Part shown: in pieces, positions 45,129 to 53,830 of the stretch
Layout: the number at the start of each line of letters is the position of its first letter
Position numbering within the stretch: position 1 is the stretch's first letter
Source of the DNA: Myxococcaceae bacterium
GTDB lineage: Bacteria > Myxococcota > Myxococcia > Myxococcales > Myxococcaceae
Direction: 5' to 3'
Assembly: GCA_036675345.1 (NCBI GenBank)
Contig: JAKFFE010000022.1
Coordinates: forward strand, 127,742-191,741
DNA: 64,000 bases
Translations under genes and position numbers: made by a program
The notes under the pieces: generated by a model
Database searches by the model: none
What the model was told of the DNA's origin: nothing
The model's input: the letters and a program-made list of their open reading frames with translations, nothing else

Positions 45129-47485
45129 AGTGCCTAAACGCGTGGTGGTTGGCGGTGGTGTGCGGTGTCTCCCCGGTGGCGGTGGGGGCGGACCCGTCGC
45201 TCGCGGCCGACGGCGGGGTGGTCGAAGAGGCGAAGGACACGGGCGCCGCCTCCGCCCCGGTGGCCTCCCCGCCCGTCCCCGCGCAGTCCGAGGCCAAGAA
45301 GGAGCCCCGGCCGCGCACCCTGGCGGAGCTGACCGACGCCGAGCTGGCCAACCTGAGCCTGGCGGAGCTGGAGGCGCTGGGGCTGGTCAGTGAGATCGAG
45401 GTGGTGGGCAAGACGGTGGACGTCCAGCGGGTGGCCGGCTCGGCGCACGTGGTGGGGCGCGAGCAGCTGGAGAAGTTCGAGTACGACGACGTGCACCGGG
45501 TGCTGGCCCAGGTCCCGGGGGTCTACGTCCGCGACGAGGACGGGTACGGGCTGCGGCCGAACATCGGCCTGCGCGGCGCCTCCTCCGATCGCAGCAGCAA
45601 GGTGACCCTGATGGAGGACGGGGTGCTGTTGGGGCCGGCGCCGTACTCCGCCCCCGCCGCCTACTACTTCCCGCTGGTCACCCGCATGGTGGAGATGGAG
45701 GTCTTCAAGGGCCCGGCCTCGATCCGCTTTGGCCCCCAGACCCTGGGCGGGGCGATCAACATGCGCACCCGCGGCGCACCGACCAGCGGTGGCCAGGGGC
45801 AACTGGATCTGGCCGGCGGGCTGTACTGGCTGGGCAAAGGACACCTGCACTACGGCTACGCCACCGAGCGGATGGGGTTCGTGGTGGAGGGCGCCCACGT
45901 GCAGTCCAGCGGATTCAAGCAGCTGGATGGCGGCGGAGACACCGGCTTTGGGAAGAACGAGGGGATGCTCAAGGGCTTCCTCAAGCTGCCCTCCAGCGGA
46001 ACCTCCGAGCAGCGGCTGGAGCTCAAGCTGGGGCTGGCCAACGAGCACTCCGACGAGACCTACCTGGGCCTCTCCGACGAGGACTTCCAGCGCAACCCGC
46101 TGCGCCGCTATGTGGCCAGCGGGCAGGACGAGATGAACTGGCTGCGCAGCCAGCTGCAGCTGGGTTACGCGTTGTCCACCGGCTACGCCTTCCAGCTGCG
46201 GGCCGCCCTCTACCGGCACGACTTCGCCCGGGTGTGGCGGAAGGTGAACGGCTTCCGCTCCGGGCCGGCGCTGGAGGATGTGCTGCGCAACGGCAACTCC
46301 GGTCAGACCGCCGGGCTGGCCGCGGTGCTGCGCGGAGAGCTGGACTCGGCCAACGCGGACGAGGCGCTGATGCTGGGCAGCAACGATCGCAAGTACGTCT
46401 CCCAGGGGGCCCAGGTGGTCGCCAACTGGCGTCCGGTGCTGGGCGGCATCTCGCATGTGTTCGAGGGTGGAGCCCGTCTCCACTACGACCGGATCGACCG
46501 CTTCCACACCGAGGACGCGTACCGGATGCAGGGCGGCGCGCTGGTGGCGGAGGGGGTTCCCTCCCTGGTCACCGCCCACAACCGCGGCTCGGCGATGGCG
46601 GGCGCGCTGTACCTGATGGACGAGATCCTGCTCGGGGACTTCCTGGTGGTGCCCGGGGCCCGGGTGGAGCTGGTGCAGACCTCCTGGCACGACCGGCAGA
46701 CCGGGCTGCGCTCCCAGGCCTTCGACCCGGTGTTCCTGCCCGGGCTGGGGGCGGTGTACCAGCCCACCAGCCAGTGGACGCTGCTGGCCGGGGTCCACCA
46801 GGGCTTCAGCCCCGTCTCCCCCGGTCAGGCGGACGAGGTCCGGCCGGAGCAGAGCGTCAACTTCGAGGCCGGCACCCGCTACAACGGGGAGGTGCTCAAG
46901 ACCGAGGCGGTGGGCTTCTTCAACCACTACCTGAACCTGGTGGGGGAGTGCACCTTCTCCACCGGCTGCAACGAGTCGCAGCTCAACCAGCAGTTCAACG
47001 GCGGCCAGGCCAACGTCTACGGCGCCGAGCTCTCGGTGGGAGCGGGGACCGCCGGACCGTTCGGGACCCGGCTGGAGGGACGGCTGGCCTACACCCTGAC
47101 CCTCAGCGAGTTCCTCTCCAGCTTCGACTCCGACAACCCCCAGTTCGGCCGGGTGGAGGTGGGGGACTCGCTGCCCTACGTGCCCACCCACCAGGGCGCG
47201 GCCTTGCTGATGCTGGAGGGTTCGAAGTGGTCCGCCTCGCTGTCCGCCAGCTACGTGGGGGCGATGCGGGAGCAGGCCGGGCAGGGCACCCTGCTGTCCG
47301 GCCAGGCCTCCGACCCGCACCTGCTGCTGGACGCGGCGCTCTCCTTCCGGCTGACCCCCGGGACCCAGCTGTACCTGACCGGAGACAACTTGCTCAACAC
47401 CCGGTACGTCGCCGCCCGGCGGCCCTACGGGGCCCGCCCCGGCAAGCCGCTGCACGCGGAGTTCGGCCTCAAGCACTCCTTCTAG
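45125..47485 (+). CDS. TonB-dependent outer-membrane receptor
   Basis: GTG overlapping the HTTM stop (GTGA). Signal peptide. Plug (...EVVGKTVDVQRVAGSAHVVGREQLEKFEYDDVHRVL...). 22-strand barrel. C-terminal ...FGLKHSF. Confidence 0.8.
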   Translation: MKCLNAWWLAVVCGVSPVAVGADPSLAADGGVVEEAKDTGAASAPVASPPVPAQSEAKKEPRPRTLAELTDAELANLSLAELEALGLVSEIEVVGKTVDVQRVAGSAHVVGREQLEKFEYDDVHRVLAQVPGVYVRDEDGYGLRPNIGLRGASSDRSSKVTLMEDGVLLGPAPYSAPAAYYFPLVTRMVEMEVFKGPASIRFGPQTLGGAINMRTRGAPTSGGQGQLDLAGGLYWLGKGHLHYGYATERMGFVVEGAHVQSSGFKQLDGGGDTGFGKNEGMLKGFLKLPSSGTSEQRLELKLGLANEHSDETYLGLSDEDFQRNPLRRYVASGQDEMNWLRSQLQLGYALSTGYAFQLRAALYRHDFARVWRKVNGFRSGPALEDVLRNGNSGQTAGLAAVLRGELDSANADEALMLGSNDRKYVSQGAQVVANWRPVLGGISHVFEGGARLHYDRIDRFHTEDAYRMQGGALVAEGVPSLVTAHNRGSAMAGALYLMDEILLGDFLVVPGARVELVQTSWHDRQTGLRSQAFDPVFLPGLGAVYQPTSQWTLLAGVHQGFSPVSPGQADEVRPEQSVNFEAGTRYNGEVLKTEAVGFFNHYLNLVGECTFSTGCNESQLNQQFNGGQANVYGAELSVGAGTAGPFGTRLEGRLAYTLTLSEFLSSFDSDNPQFGRVEVGDSLPYVPTHQGAALLMLEGSKWSASLSASYVGAMREQAGQGTLLSGQASDPHLLLDAALSFRLTPGTQLYLTGDNLLNTRYVAARRPYGARPGKPLHAEFGLKHSF

Positions 47486-47527
47486 CGGCCGCGAAGTCGA
47501 CAGGGCCCGCCGCTTCCGCTACAAGAG

Positions 47528-48142
47528 GTGAACGTTTGTTCCGCTCTGCCGGGAGGGGCATTGCGCGTTCTAGGCATCGATCCCGGAAGCCGCTTCATGG
47601 GCTACGGGGTGGTCGAAGAGGTCCGGGGACGGCTCACCCACGTGGGCCACGGGGTCATCAAGACCGATCCCGACGCGCCTCTGGAGCACCGGCTCAACGA
47701 GATCTTCCTGGGTCTGCGCACCGCGATGGCGCGCTTTGAACCGCAGGCGGTGGCGGTGGAGGGTGTGTTCCACCACCGCAACGCCCGCAGCGCGTTGATC
47801 CTGGGGCACGCCCGCGGGGTGGCGCTGCTGGTGGCGGCCCAGACCGGCCTGGCGGTGTTCGAGTATCCGCCGGCCCGGGTGAAGAAGGCGGTGGGGGCGG
47901 GCGGCGCGGACGGCAAGGACGCGGTGGCCCGGATGGTCACCACCTTCCTGCGGCTGACCGAACCGGTGGAGCGCGCCGACGCCACCGACGCCCTGGCGGT
48001 GGCAATCTGCCATCTCAACTACGGCCGCGGCGCCCTGCAGGCCTCCGCAGTCAAGAGCAGCCGCGGCAACAAGCGGCGGGCCCTGGACGCGCTGGCGGAT
48101 CGACTCCAGCCCGCCTACGTGCGGCCGGCGGTGGCGCGATGA
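47528..48142 (+). CDS. ruvC: Holliday junction resolvase RuvC
   Basis: RVLGIDPGSRFMGYGV...AVEGVF...ADATDALAVAICH. Catalytic acidic residues are conserved. Confidence 0.85.
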   Translation: MNVCSALPGGALRVLGIDPGSRFMGYGVVEEVRGRLTHVGHGVIKTDPDAPLEHRLNEIFLGLRTAMARFEPQAVAVEGVFHHRNARSALILGHARGVALLVAAQTGLAVFEYPPARVKKAVGAGGADGKDAVARMVTTFLRLTEPVERADATDALAVAICHLNYGRGALQASAVKSSRGNKRRALDALADRLQPAYVRPAVAR

Positions 48143-48744
48143 TTGCGGGACTCAAGGGCGTGGTGCTGGAGAAGAACCTCAACGACGCGGTGATCGACGT
48201 CAACGGCGTCGGCTACCGGGTGTTCTTCTCGCTGCTCTCCCTGGCCCGCCTCCCCGACGAGGGCCAGCCGGCCAAGGTCCGGGTCCGCACCGTGGTCCGG
48301 GAGGACGCGCTGGACCTGTTCGGGTTCCTCAGCCGGCAGGAGGAGGAGATGTTCCTGCTGCTCACCTCGGTGTCCCACGTGGGTCCCAAGCTGGCGCTGA
48401 ACGTGATGTCCGGCCTGGAGGTCAACGATCTGGCCCAGGCCATCGCCCGGGGGGAGATCGCCCGGCTGACCAAGATTCACGGGGTGGGGAAGAAGACCGC
48501 CGAACGGCTGGTGCTGGAGCTGAAGGACAAGGTGAAGTTCATCACCCTGGAGGGGAAGTCCGCCGGCAGCGAGTCCGCCGCGCCCGCCTCCGGCGCCAAG
48601 AGCGACCTGGTCAAGGCGCTGGTGAACCTGGGCTACAAGGCGCAGCAGGCGGAGAAGGCGGCGGAGGTCGCCTCCGAGCAGGCCGGCCCCGACGCTCCCT
48701 TCGAGGCGCTGTTCCGCGAGGCGCTCAAGGCGCTGCGCGGCTGA
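48139..48744 (+). CDS. ruvA: Holliday junction branch-migration protein RuvA
   Basis: MIAGLKGVV...VDVNGVGYRV...LFGF. HhH motifs (IHGVGKKTAERL). ATGA overlap with ruvC. Confidence 0.9.
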   Translation: MIAGLKGVVLEKNLNDAVIDVNGVGYRVFFSLLSLARLPDEGQPAKVRVRTVVREDALDLFGFLSRQEEEMFLLLTSVSHVGPKLALNVMSGLEVNDLAQAIARGEIARLTKIHGVGKKTAERLVLELKDKVKFITLEGKSAGSESAAPASGAKSDLVKALVNLGYKAQQAEKAAEVASEQAGPDAPFEALFREALKALRG

Positions 48745-48823
48745 GCTCCTGCCTTGCGGAGCTGGCGCGTTTTGCCGAACTGGCACTGGAACCACGGCCA
48801 GGGTTTCGGCACCATCCGCGCCG

Positions 48824-49627
48824 ATGAAACGACCTCTCCTGATTTCCAGCCTGGCCCTGATCGCCTGCGGGCCGGGCACCCTCAACGACAACCAGCGCCA
48901 GTTCCTGGTGGAGGACGCGACCCTGGCCGCCTCCTCGCTGATGTCCTTCGTCGCCGCGGCCCGGGTCAATGACTTCCTCTACGACTCGATCACCCTCGAT
49001 CCAGCGCTGACCGCGGAAGGGAACGCAGGCCGGATGGCGGCCCGGGTCGAGGAAAGCCTCCAGGATTGCGCGGGCCGGGTGGTGACCCTGCTGGGGGATA
49101 CCCTGTGGGTGACCGCCAATTGCACGGTGCAGGGGATCGCACTGGACCTGTTTGTCTCCGCCACCCCGGTGATGGGCTCGGCGGTCGGGGTGGACATCCG
49201 CTACTCGGGCAGCACCTGGGATGGAATTGCTCTCCCCCGGGATGCCTGGGTGAGCTTCCCTGCCGGCGCCGCGCCCGTACTTGCGGCGGAGGCTGGACGG
49301 GACACGCTCAGCTTCCAGGGCGGGGTGGGCAATCCCAGCGGCAATCAAGTCACCCTGAATGGAACGGGGTTCTGGACCCGGATGGGGGGAGATCGCCTGC
49401 CGCTGACCGTCACCGGAGTTCAGCACTTCGGCGCCTCCTGTGCGCCCGCCCTGGGACGGCTGACCATCGGCCCCCGGGACGTGATGCTCACCTCGGCGGA
49501 GTCGATCCCGGTCAAGCAGGTGGTCCGCTTCTCCAGCACCACCCCGGAGCTGGGGGGGGTGAAGGTGGATCTCGGGGAGGACGCCCTGAATCTGAACGGG
49601 AGACTCACCCTGCCCGAAGGCTGCTAA
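48824..49627 (+). CDS. Hypothetical lipoprotein
   Basis: Lipobox LISSLALIACGPG. 267 aa. No recognisable family. Confidence 0.5.
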   Translation: MKRPLLISSLALIACGPGTLNDNQRQFLVEDATLAASSLMSFVAAARVNDFLYDSITLDPALTAEGNAGRMAARVEESLQDCAGRVVTLLGDTLWVTANCTVQGIALDLFVSATPVMGSAVGVDIRYSGSTWDGIALPRDAWVSFPAGAAPVLAAEAGRDTLSFQGGVGNPSGNQVTLNGTGFWTRMGGDRLPLTVTGVQHFGASCAPALGRLTIGPRDVMLTSAESIPVKQVVRFSSTTPELGGVKVDLGEDALNLNGRLTLPEGC

Positions 49628-49635
49628 CCCGACGG

Positions 49636-50346
49636 CTACCGGTTCCCGGAGGAGTACTCGAACGGTTCCTCCGGGTGTCGCCGGTTCCAGGCATTGAGCA
49701 CGTCCAGCAGCTCTCCCCGGTTGGGCTTCATCAGTAGCCCCAACAGGCCCCCCACCCCCATCACCCCCAGCCCGGTCCCGGCCAGCGCGTAGTTGGCTGC
49801 GCCCAGGAAGCAGGACTGACCGCCAAAGGAATTGAAGCCGCAGTCGGTCTGGGGGACCACGAACAGGCCCACCACGGTGAGCGCGGCGCCGGCGGCCAGC
49901 GAGCTGATTAGCACGATGGTGGAGCCCTGCTCCCGGACGGCCAACCCGCGGGCCATCGGCGCCACTTCCGGGTCGGACTTCACCAGCTGCGCCAGGTGGT
50001 CCAGATCCTTGACGAAGATGGAGGCCTCCCGCTTGGGCTGGACGGGCGCATCCGACGGAACTGGCTGCTGCGCCGGCGCGGCCGGACGGTTGGCAAAGGA
50101 GAGCAGCGACTCCTCCACGTACGCGACCTTCCCGTCGGGCAGCCTCGCCTTGCGGAATCCGTTCTCCCCCTGCTCACTGACCGAGACCTCGGCCCGCTCC
50201 ACGAAGGTGTGGAGCACCGGGCTCTGCTTGTCCGGGCGCTCGTAGGCCGGGGCTTCGAAGGCGTTGATGGTGGCAGGCTCCGCCCACACGGCGGGAGCAG
50301 CGAGGAGGACGAACAACACGAGGAGGCGATTCATGGGCGCGGACAT
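49636..50346 (-). CDS. Membrane protein with a periplasmic bacterial SH3-like domain
   Basis: Signal peptide MSAPMNRLLVLFVLLAAPAVWA. SH3b-like (ATINAFEAPAYERPDKQSPVLHTFVERAEVSVSEQGENGFRKARLPDGKVAYVEESLL). Two TM helices. The ORF-track 5' extension is an artefact. Confidence 0.5.
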   Translation of the reverse strand: MSAPMNRLLVLFVLLAAPAVWAEPATINAFEAPAYERPDKQSPVLHTFVERAEVSVSEQGENGFRKARLPDGKVAYVEESLLSFANRPAAPAQQPVPSDAPVQPKREASIFVKDLDHLAQLVKSDPEVAPMARGLAVREQGSTIVLISSLAAGAALTVVGLFVVPQTDCGFNSFGGQSCFLGAANYALAGTGLGVMGVGGLLGLLMKPNRGELLDVLNAWNRRHPEEPFEYSSGNR

Positions 50347-50405
50347 ACCAAACGGGTCTGGCCATTGAACCGGCTTTATCGGTTTTCGCCCGGAGTGAAA
50401 GGAGC

Positions 50406-51485
50406 TCAGGCCGCGCGGCCCACAGCGCCCGGGCGCCGCAGGGTGCCAAAGCCCACGTCCCCGTGGGAAAACCCGGGGCTGAGTCCGGGCGCCAGCAGTG
50501 ACGCGGTGAGCTCCGAGGACGGATAGAAGTTCACGAAGTTCGCGTCCAGCCGGCTGGGACCGGCCAGCACCTTCTCCACCACCATCGAGGAGTACTGCTC
50601 CAGCGAGCTCTCGCGGGTGTTGCCGTTGAGCACCACCTCCAGCCCCAACTGCTGGGCGGCGGAGCGGAGGCCGGGGATGCGCGAGTGCTCCGGGCTGTAG
50701 GCCTCGGTGGCCACCCCGTTCTCGCTGATCACGAACAGCCCCTGGGGAGTGGAGACCGCCAGGGACATGTTCCCCATCGTGTGCCCGGGGGTGCTGACGA
50801 TGGCCACCCCCTTGCCCAGCCAGGCGTCGCCCTCCAGCAGGATCACCCGCTCGGACGGAACCCCGCGGGTCCCGTCCGGGACGTACCAGACCCGCTGCAT
50901 CGGGTGGAGGTCGTGGACCGCCTCCCACTCCGCGCGCTGCACCAGCAGCTGGGCCCGGGGGAAGAACGCCGGCCCGTCTCCGCCCAGCCAGCCGCGCAGG
51001 TCCTGGATGTGGAGGTGGTCGAAGGCCAGATAGTCCACGTCCTCCGGCCGCAGCCCCAGCGCCTCCAGGTGGGTGGCCACCGTGCCGTGGAGGGTCTTCA
51101 TCACCCTCTGGCTGATGAATGTTCCGTAGCGGCGGATCAGGTCCGCGTAGAACGGCGCCTTCTCTCCCCGCCGATAGTCGGTGGGGTTGAAGACCAGGGT
51201 GCGCAGTACCCCGCCCGGATCGCGGAACTGCAGCACGTTCATCCGGTTGGTCATCATCAAATACGGCGCCGGAGAGAGGGCGCCCCCGGAGAAGCCAAAC
51301 CCGGTGGGGTAGGGGAAGGTCACCAGCTTGCAACTGGCCAGCGCCTCCACCGTCCCCTCGGAGAGGATCGCCTCTCGCGCCACCTGAGCCGCGGCTCGCA
51401 GCGCGGACAGCTGGCTGGCCGGAGTGCGGCGGGAGCGGGCCTCGGGCAGCGCGGGGAGGGGACGAAAGGGACTGGAGGGATTCAT
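50406..51485 (-). CDS. MBL-fold metallo-hydrolase
   Basis: LAFDHLHIQDLRG (HxHxDH-like) ... VSTPGHTMG ... The ATG overlaps the upstream ADH stop (ATGA). The ORF-track 5' extension is an artefact. Confidence 0.7.
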   Translation of the reverse strand: MNPSSPFRPLPALPEARSRRTPASQLSALRAAAQVAREAILSEGTVEALASCKLVTFPYPTGFGFSGGALSPAPYLMMTNRMNVLQFRDPGGVLRTLVFNPTDYRRGEKAPFYADLIRRYGTFISQRVMKTLHGTVATHLEALGLRPEDVDYLAFDHLHIQDLRGWLGGDGPAFFPRAQLLVQRAEWEAVHDLHPMQRVWYVPDGTRGVPSERVILLEGDAWLGKGVAIVSTPGHTMGNMSLAVSTPQGLFVISENGVATEAYSPEHSRIPGLRSAAQQLGLEVVLNGNTRESSLEQYSSMVVEKVLAGPSRLDANFVNFYPSSELTASLLAPGLSPGFSHGDVGFGTLRRPGAVGRAA

Positions 51486-52735
51486 GGGGTCTCCCGGAGA
51501 TCGAACACCGTCTTCACCGACTGGAACCGGCCACGCTGGAGGTTGGCCTCGATCGCCTGTGCGTACTGCTCCAGCTTGAAGTGGTGGGTGACCAGCAGGG
51601 TGGGATCGGGGCCCTCCCGGTTGGCCAGCAGCTCCCGCGCCACCTCGAAGGTGTGCAGGGTGCGGCCGCGGAACTGCTCCGGGCCATAGGTGTAGGAGCC
51701 GATCAGGGTCAGCTCGTTCCGCCACACCGTGGTCCAGTCCAGCCCGTCCAGCTTTCCGGCGGCGCCGATCAGCACCACCCGCCCGAAGGGCCGGGTGTAG
51801 CGCAGCGAATCGGTCAGCGAGGAGGCGCTGCCCACGCAGTCGAAGATCAGCTCGTAGCCGCCGGTCATCGCCGGGGGACCAATCACCGGCCGGTACACCT
51901 TGCCCCCGGTCCGGCGCGCGACCTCGTTCGCCTCCTCCACCTCGTCCCGCATCGCCCGCAGCACGTCGGTGGCGCCCAGCTTCTTGGCCAGCTCCAGCTG
52001 GTAGTCCTCCAGGGTCATCAGGGTCACCTCGCAGCGGTGCCCCAGCGCGCGCAGCGCCCACAGGGTGGAGAACCCCACCGGCCCGCCGCCGATGATCAGC
52101 ACCCGTTCACCCGGCCGGGGCGGGGCCTTGAGCACCGCGTGCAGGCTGACCGACAAGGGTTCGATCAGCACCCCCGCCTCGTCGGACAGCGCATCCGGCA
52201 GCGGGTGCAATTGGGAGGAGTGGGCCACCATCTCCGACCCCATCCCGCCGGGGAGATCCCGGTGGAAGCCCAGCATCTGCCCCGGCGCCAGACAGCCCTC
52301 CGCCACCCGCTCGCAGCCGTTCTCCTGGCCGCGGGCGCAGGCCACGCAGCGGTCGGCAAAGCCGCGCAGTCGGCAGGGGAGGAGCGGATCCACCGCCACC
52401 CGTTGTCCCACCTCCAGGCCGGTCACCTCCGGACCCAGCGCGGTGATCTCCGCCACCACCTCATGACCCAGCACCGCCGGGAAGGAGTTGAAGGGCTCGA
52501 GCACCGGGCTGTTCTTGAAGAACAAGGTGCCCAGGTCCGACCCGCACAGCCCCGCCAACCGCGGCTTGAGCCGGACCCAGCCCGGCCCGGGAAGGGCGGG
52601 GGAGGTCAGCTCCCTCAACGAGAGGCAGGACCCCTTGCCGTAGTGGACCTTGGGGAAACGCTTCCCCACCGCCTTGGCCACCACGTACTTCGGCACCGAT
52701 AGATCGAAGACCAACCCCCGCATGGGGGCAGTCAA
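51482..52735 (-). CDS. Zinc-dependent alcohol dehydrogenase (MDR family, threonine/sorbitol dehydrogenase-like)
   Basis: GLCGSDLG, GHEVVAEI, structural-zinc Cys cluster CRLRGFADRCVACARGQENGC, Rossmann LIIGGGPVG. Confidence 0.8.
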   Translation of the reverse strand: MTAPMRGLVFDLSVPKYVVAKAVGKRFPKVHYGKGSCLSLRELTSPALPGPGWVRLKPRLAGLCGSDLGTLFFKNSPVLEPFNSFPAVLGHEVVAEITALGPEVTGLEVGQRVAVDPLLPCRLRGFADRCVACARGQENGCERVAEGCLAPGQMLGFHRDLPGGMGSEMVAHSSQLHPLPDALSDEAGVLIEPLSVSLHAVLKAPPRPGERVLIIGGGPVGFSTLWALRALGHRCEVTLMTLEDYQLELAKKLGATDVLRAMRDEVEEANEVARRTGGKVYRPVIGPPAMTGGYELIFDCVGSASSLTDSLRYTRPFGRVVLIGAAGKLDGLDWTTVWRNELTLIGSYTYGPEQFRGRTLHTFEVARELLANREGPDPTLLVTHHFKLEQYAQAIEANLQRGRFQSVKTVFDLRETP

Positions 52736-52756
52736 GCCGATGGCGGGCCTTCTTGC

Positions 52757-53386
52757 CTAGGCGCCGCGTGGTTTGATCGCACCCCTGACCTGGGAGCAGG
52801 GCACAACACTGGCGCGGCCGGGATCGAGATAGTCGAACCCGGTCTCCTCGAAGCGAGCCTCCAACGCCTCCAGGCCGTTCGCCTTCTTGAAGGCAACTTC
52901 CTCCTCGAAAACTGGAATCAGCCAGGCGCATCGGATCGGCGGCGCGTCGGGCCGCGGTTTGGCGACCTCAAGCTTCGGCCCATCCAGGTAAGGAAGCGAC
53001 AGCAGGCCGCGAGTGCACCCGGAACCCGGCAGCCACGGGCGACCGAAGTTCACCGTATGGCCGACCGCCAGCGGGGCACCCGTTCGATGGAAGTGCGCCA
53101 GGGCGGTCAGGAGCTCGATGTGTGACTCCACCTGCACCGGGCTGAACAGGTGCACCTCGGTGGGAGAAGCATCCGACCAACCGGACATGCCGCAAGTCGC
53201 ATAGGTCCACGCGGCGCGCTCTGGTCCGGGCGCGAACTCAGCGACGCTGAACGTGGACGGCACCTCGTGCGTCGGCCCAAGAGTCCAGCGAAGCGCACGC
53301 GCCGGAAGCCCCCAGGCAGCTGTGTAATGAGAGAGCAGCGTTGCCTGGTACGTAGCTTCGCTCGGGCATTGGGCGCTACAACTCAT
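52757..53386 (-). CDS. SUFU-like (suppressor-of-fused family) small cytoplasmic protein; candidate immunity-type protein
   Basis: About 209 aa with no signal peptide. WTYATCGMSGW...HIELLTALAHFH fits the bacterial Sufu-domain pattern (HxxTxGMS-like). A weak call. Confidence 0.4.
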   Translation of the reverse strand: MSCSAQCPSEATYQATLLSHYTAAWGLPARALRWTLGPTHEVPSTFSVAEFAPGPERAAWTYATCGMSGWSDASPTEVHLFSPVQVESHIELLTALAHFHRTGAPLAVGHTVNFGRPWLPGSGCTRGLLSLPYLDGPKLEVAKPRPDAPPIRCAWLIPVFEEEVAFKKANGLEALEARFEETGFDYLDPGRASVVPCSQVRGAIKPRGA

Positions 53387-53751
53387 GGTCGAGCCGCCAG
53401 CCACTCAGAATAGGCATCCTGCACCTTGCCCACTCCGAGGAATCGGTTCGTGTCAGCGCCTTGGACCGTCACTGCGTAGGCCACAGCTTCTTCCAAGTCC
53501 GAGAAGTGTTGTCCCCTTCCGCCAGGCGAATCGCTGTCGACGGGAGTGAACTCATACAGGTCGAGAAGATCGGGGCCTCCTTCGTTGAAGACTTCAAAGA
53601 GCGTAACGGAGTAGGTGCGATCGACCTGCCGATCCAGCCGTAGCCAACGAAGCACAACCTCACCCGACACTTCGCCCGGCTCGAGCCACTGCTCAACGGA
53701 GCGTCCGGCGCTCAGCAGCTGGAGGACTGCACCTTCAGAGAGGTAATCCAT
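53383..53751 (-). CDS. Hypothetical small acidic protein (122 aa)
   Basis: Tandem with, and contiguous to, the SUFU-like gene. No signal peptide and no family recognised. Confidence 0.35.
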   Translation of the reverse strand: MDYLSEGAVLQLLSAGRSVEQWLEPGEVSGEVVLRWLRLDRQVDRTYSVTLFEVFNEGGPDLLDLYEFTPVDSDSPGGRGQHFSDLEEAVAYAVTVQGADTNRFLGVGKVQDAYSEWLAARP

Positions 53752-53830
53752 CAGCGCTGTCCCGTGCCGGGCGGAGGGTCACTCATCTTCTGACCCCAGT
53801 GGATCGAGGCCCCGCCCCTGGGCCCGCCCC

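Noticed and set aside
776-47476. Many other long ORFs in the track. Examples: 776-1798(-), 2379-3755(-), 4221-6140(+), 5735-7009(+), 7554-9902(-), 11578-13263(+), 15592-17547(-), 17691-18998(-), 18106-19599(-), 22008-23402(+), 23773-25884(+), 26038-28098(+), 29577-31034(+), 30932-32638(-), 32835-34364(-), 35440-37215(+), 37438-38859(+), 42452-43918(-), 43713-44921(-), 45134-47476(-), 60011-61735(-), 61101-63326(-).
   Set aside because: All lie antisense or out of frame to genes with clear family signatures, and have Arg/Gly/Pro/Ala-rich low-complexity translations. This is the expected behaviour of GC3-biased genomes.
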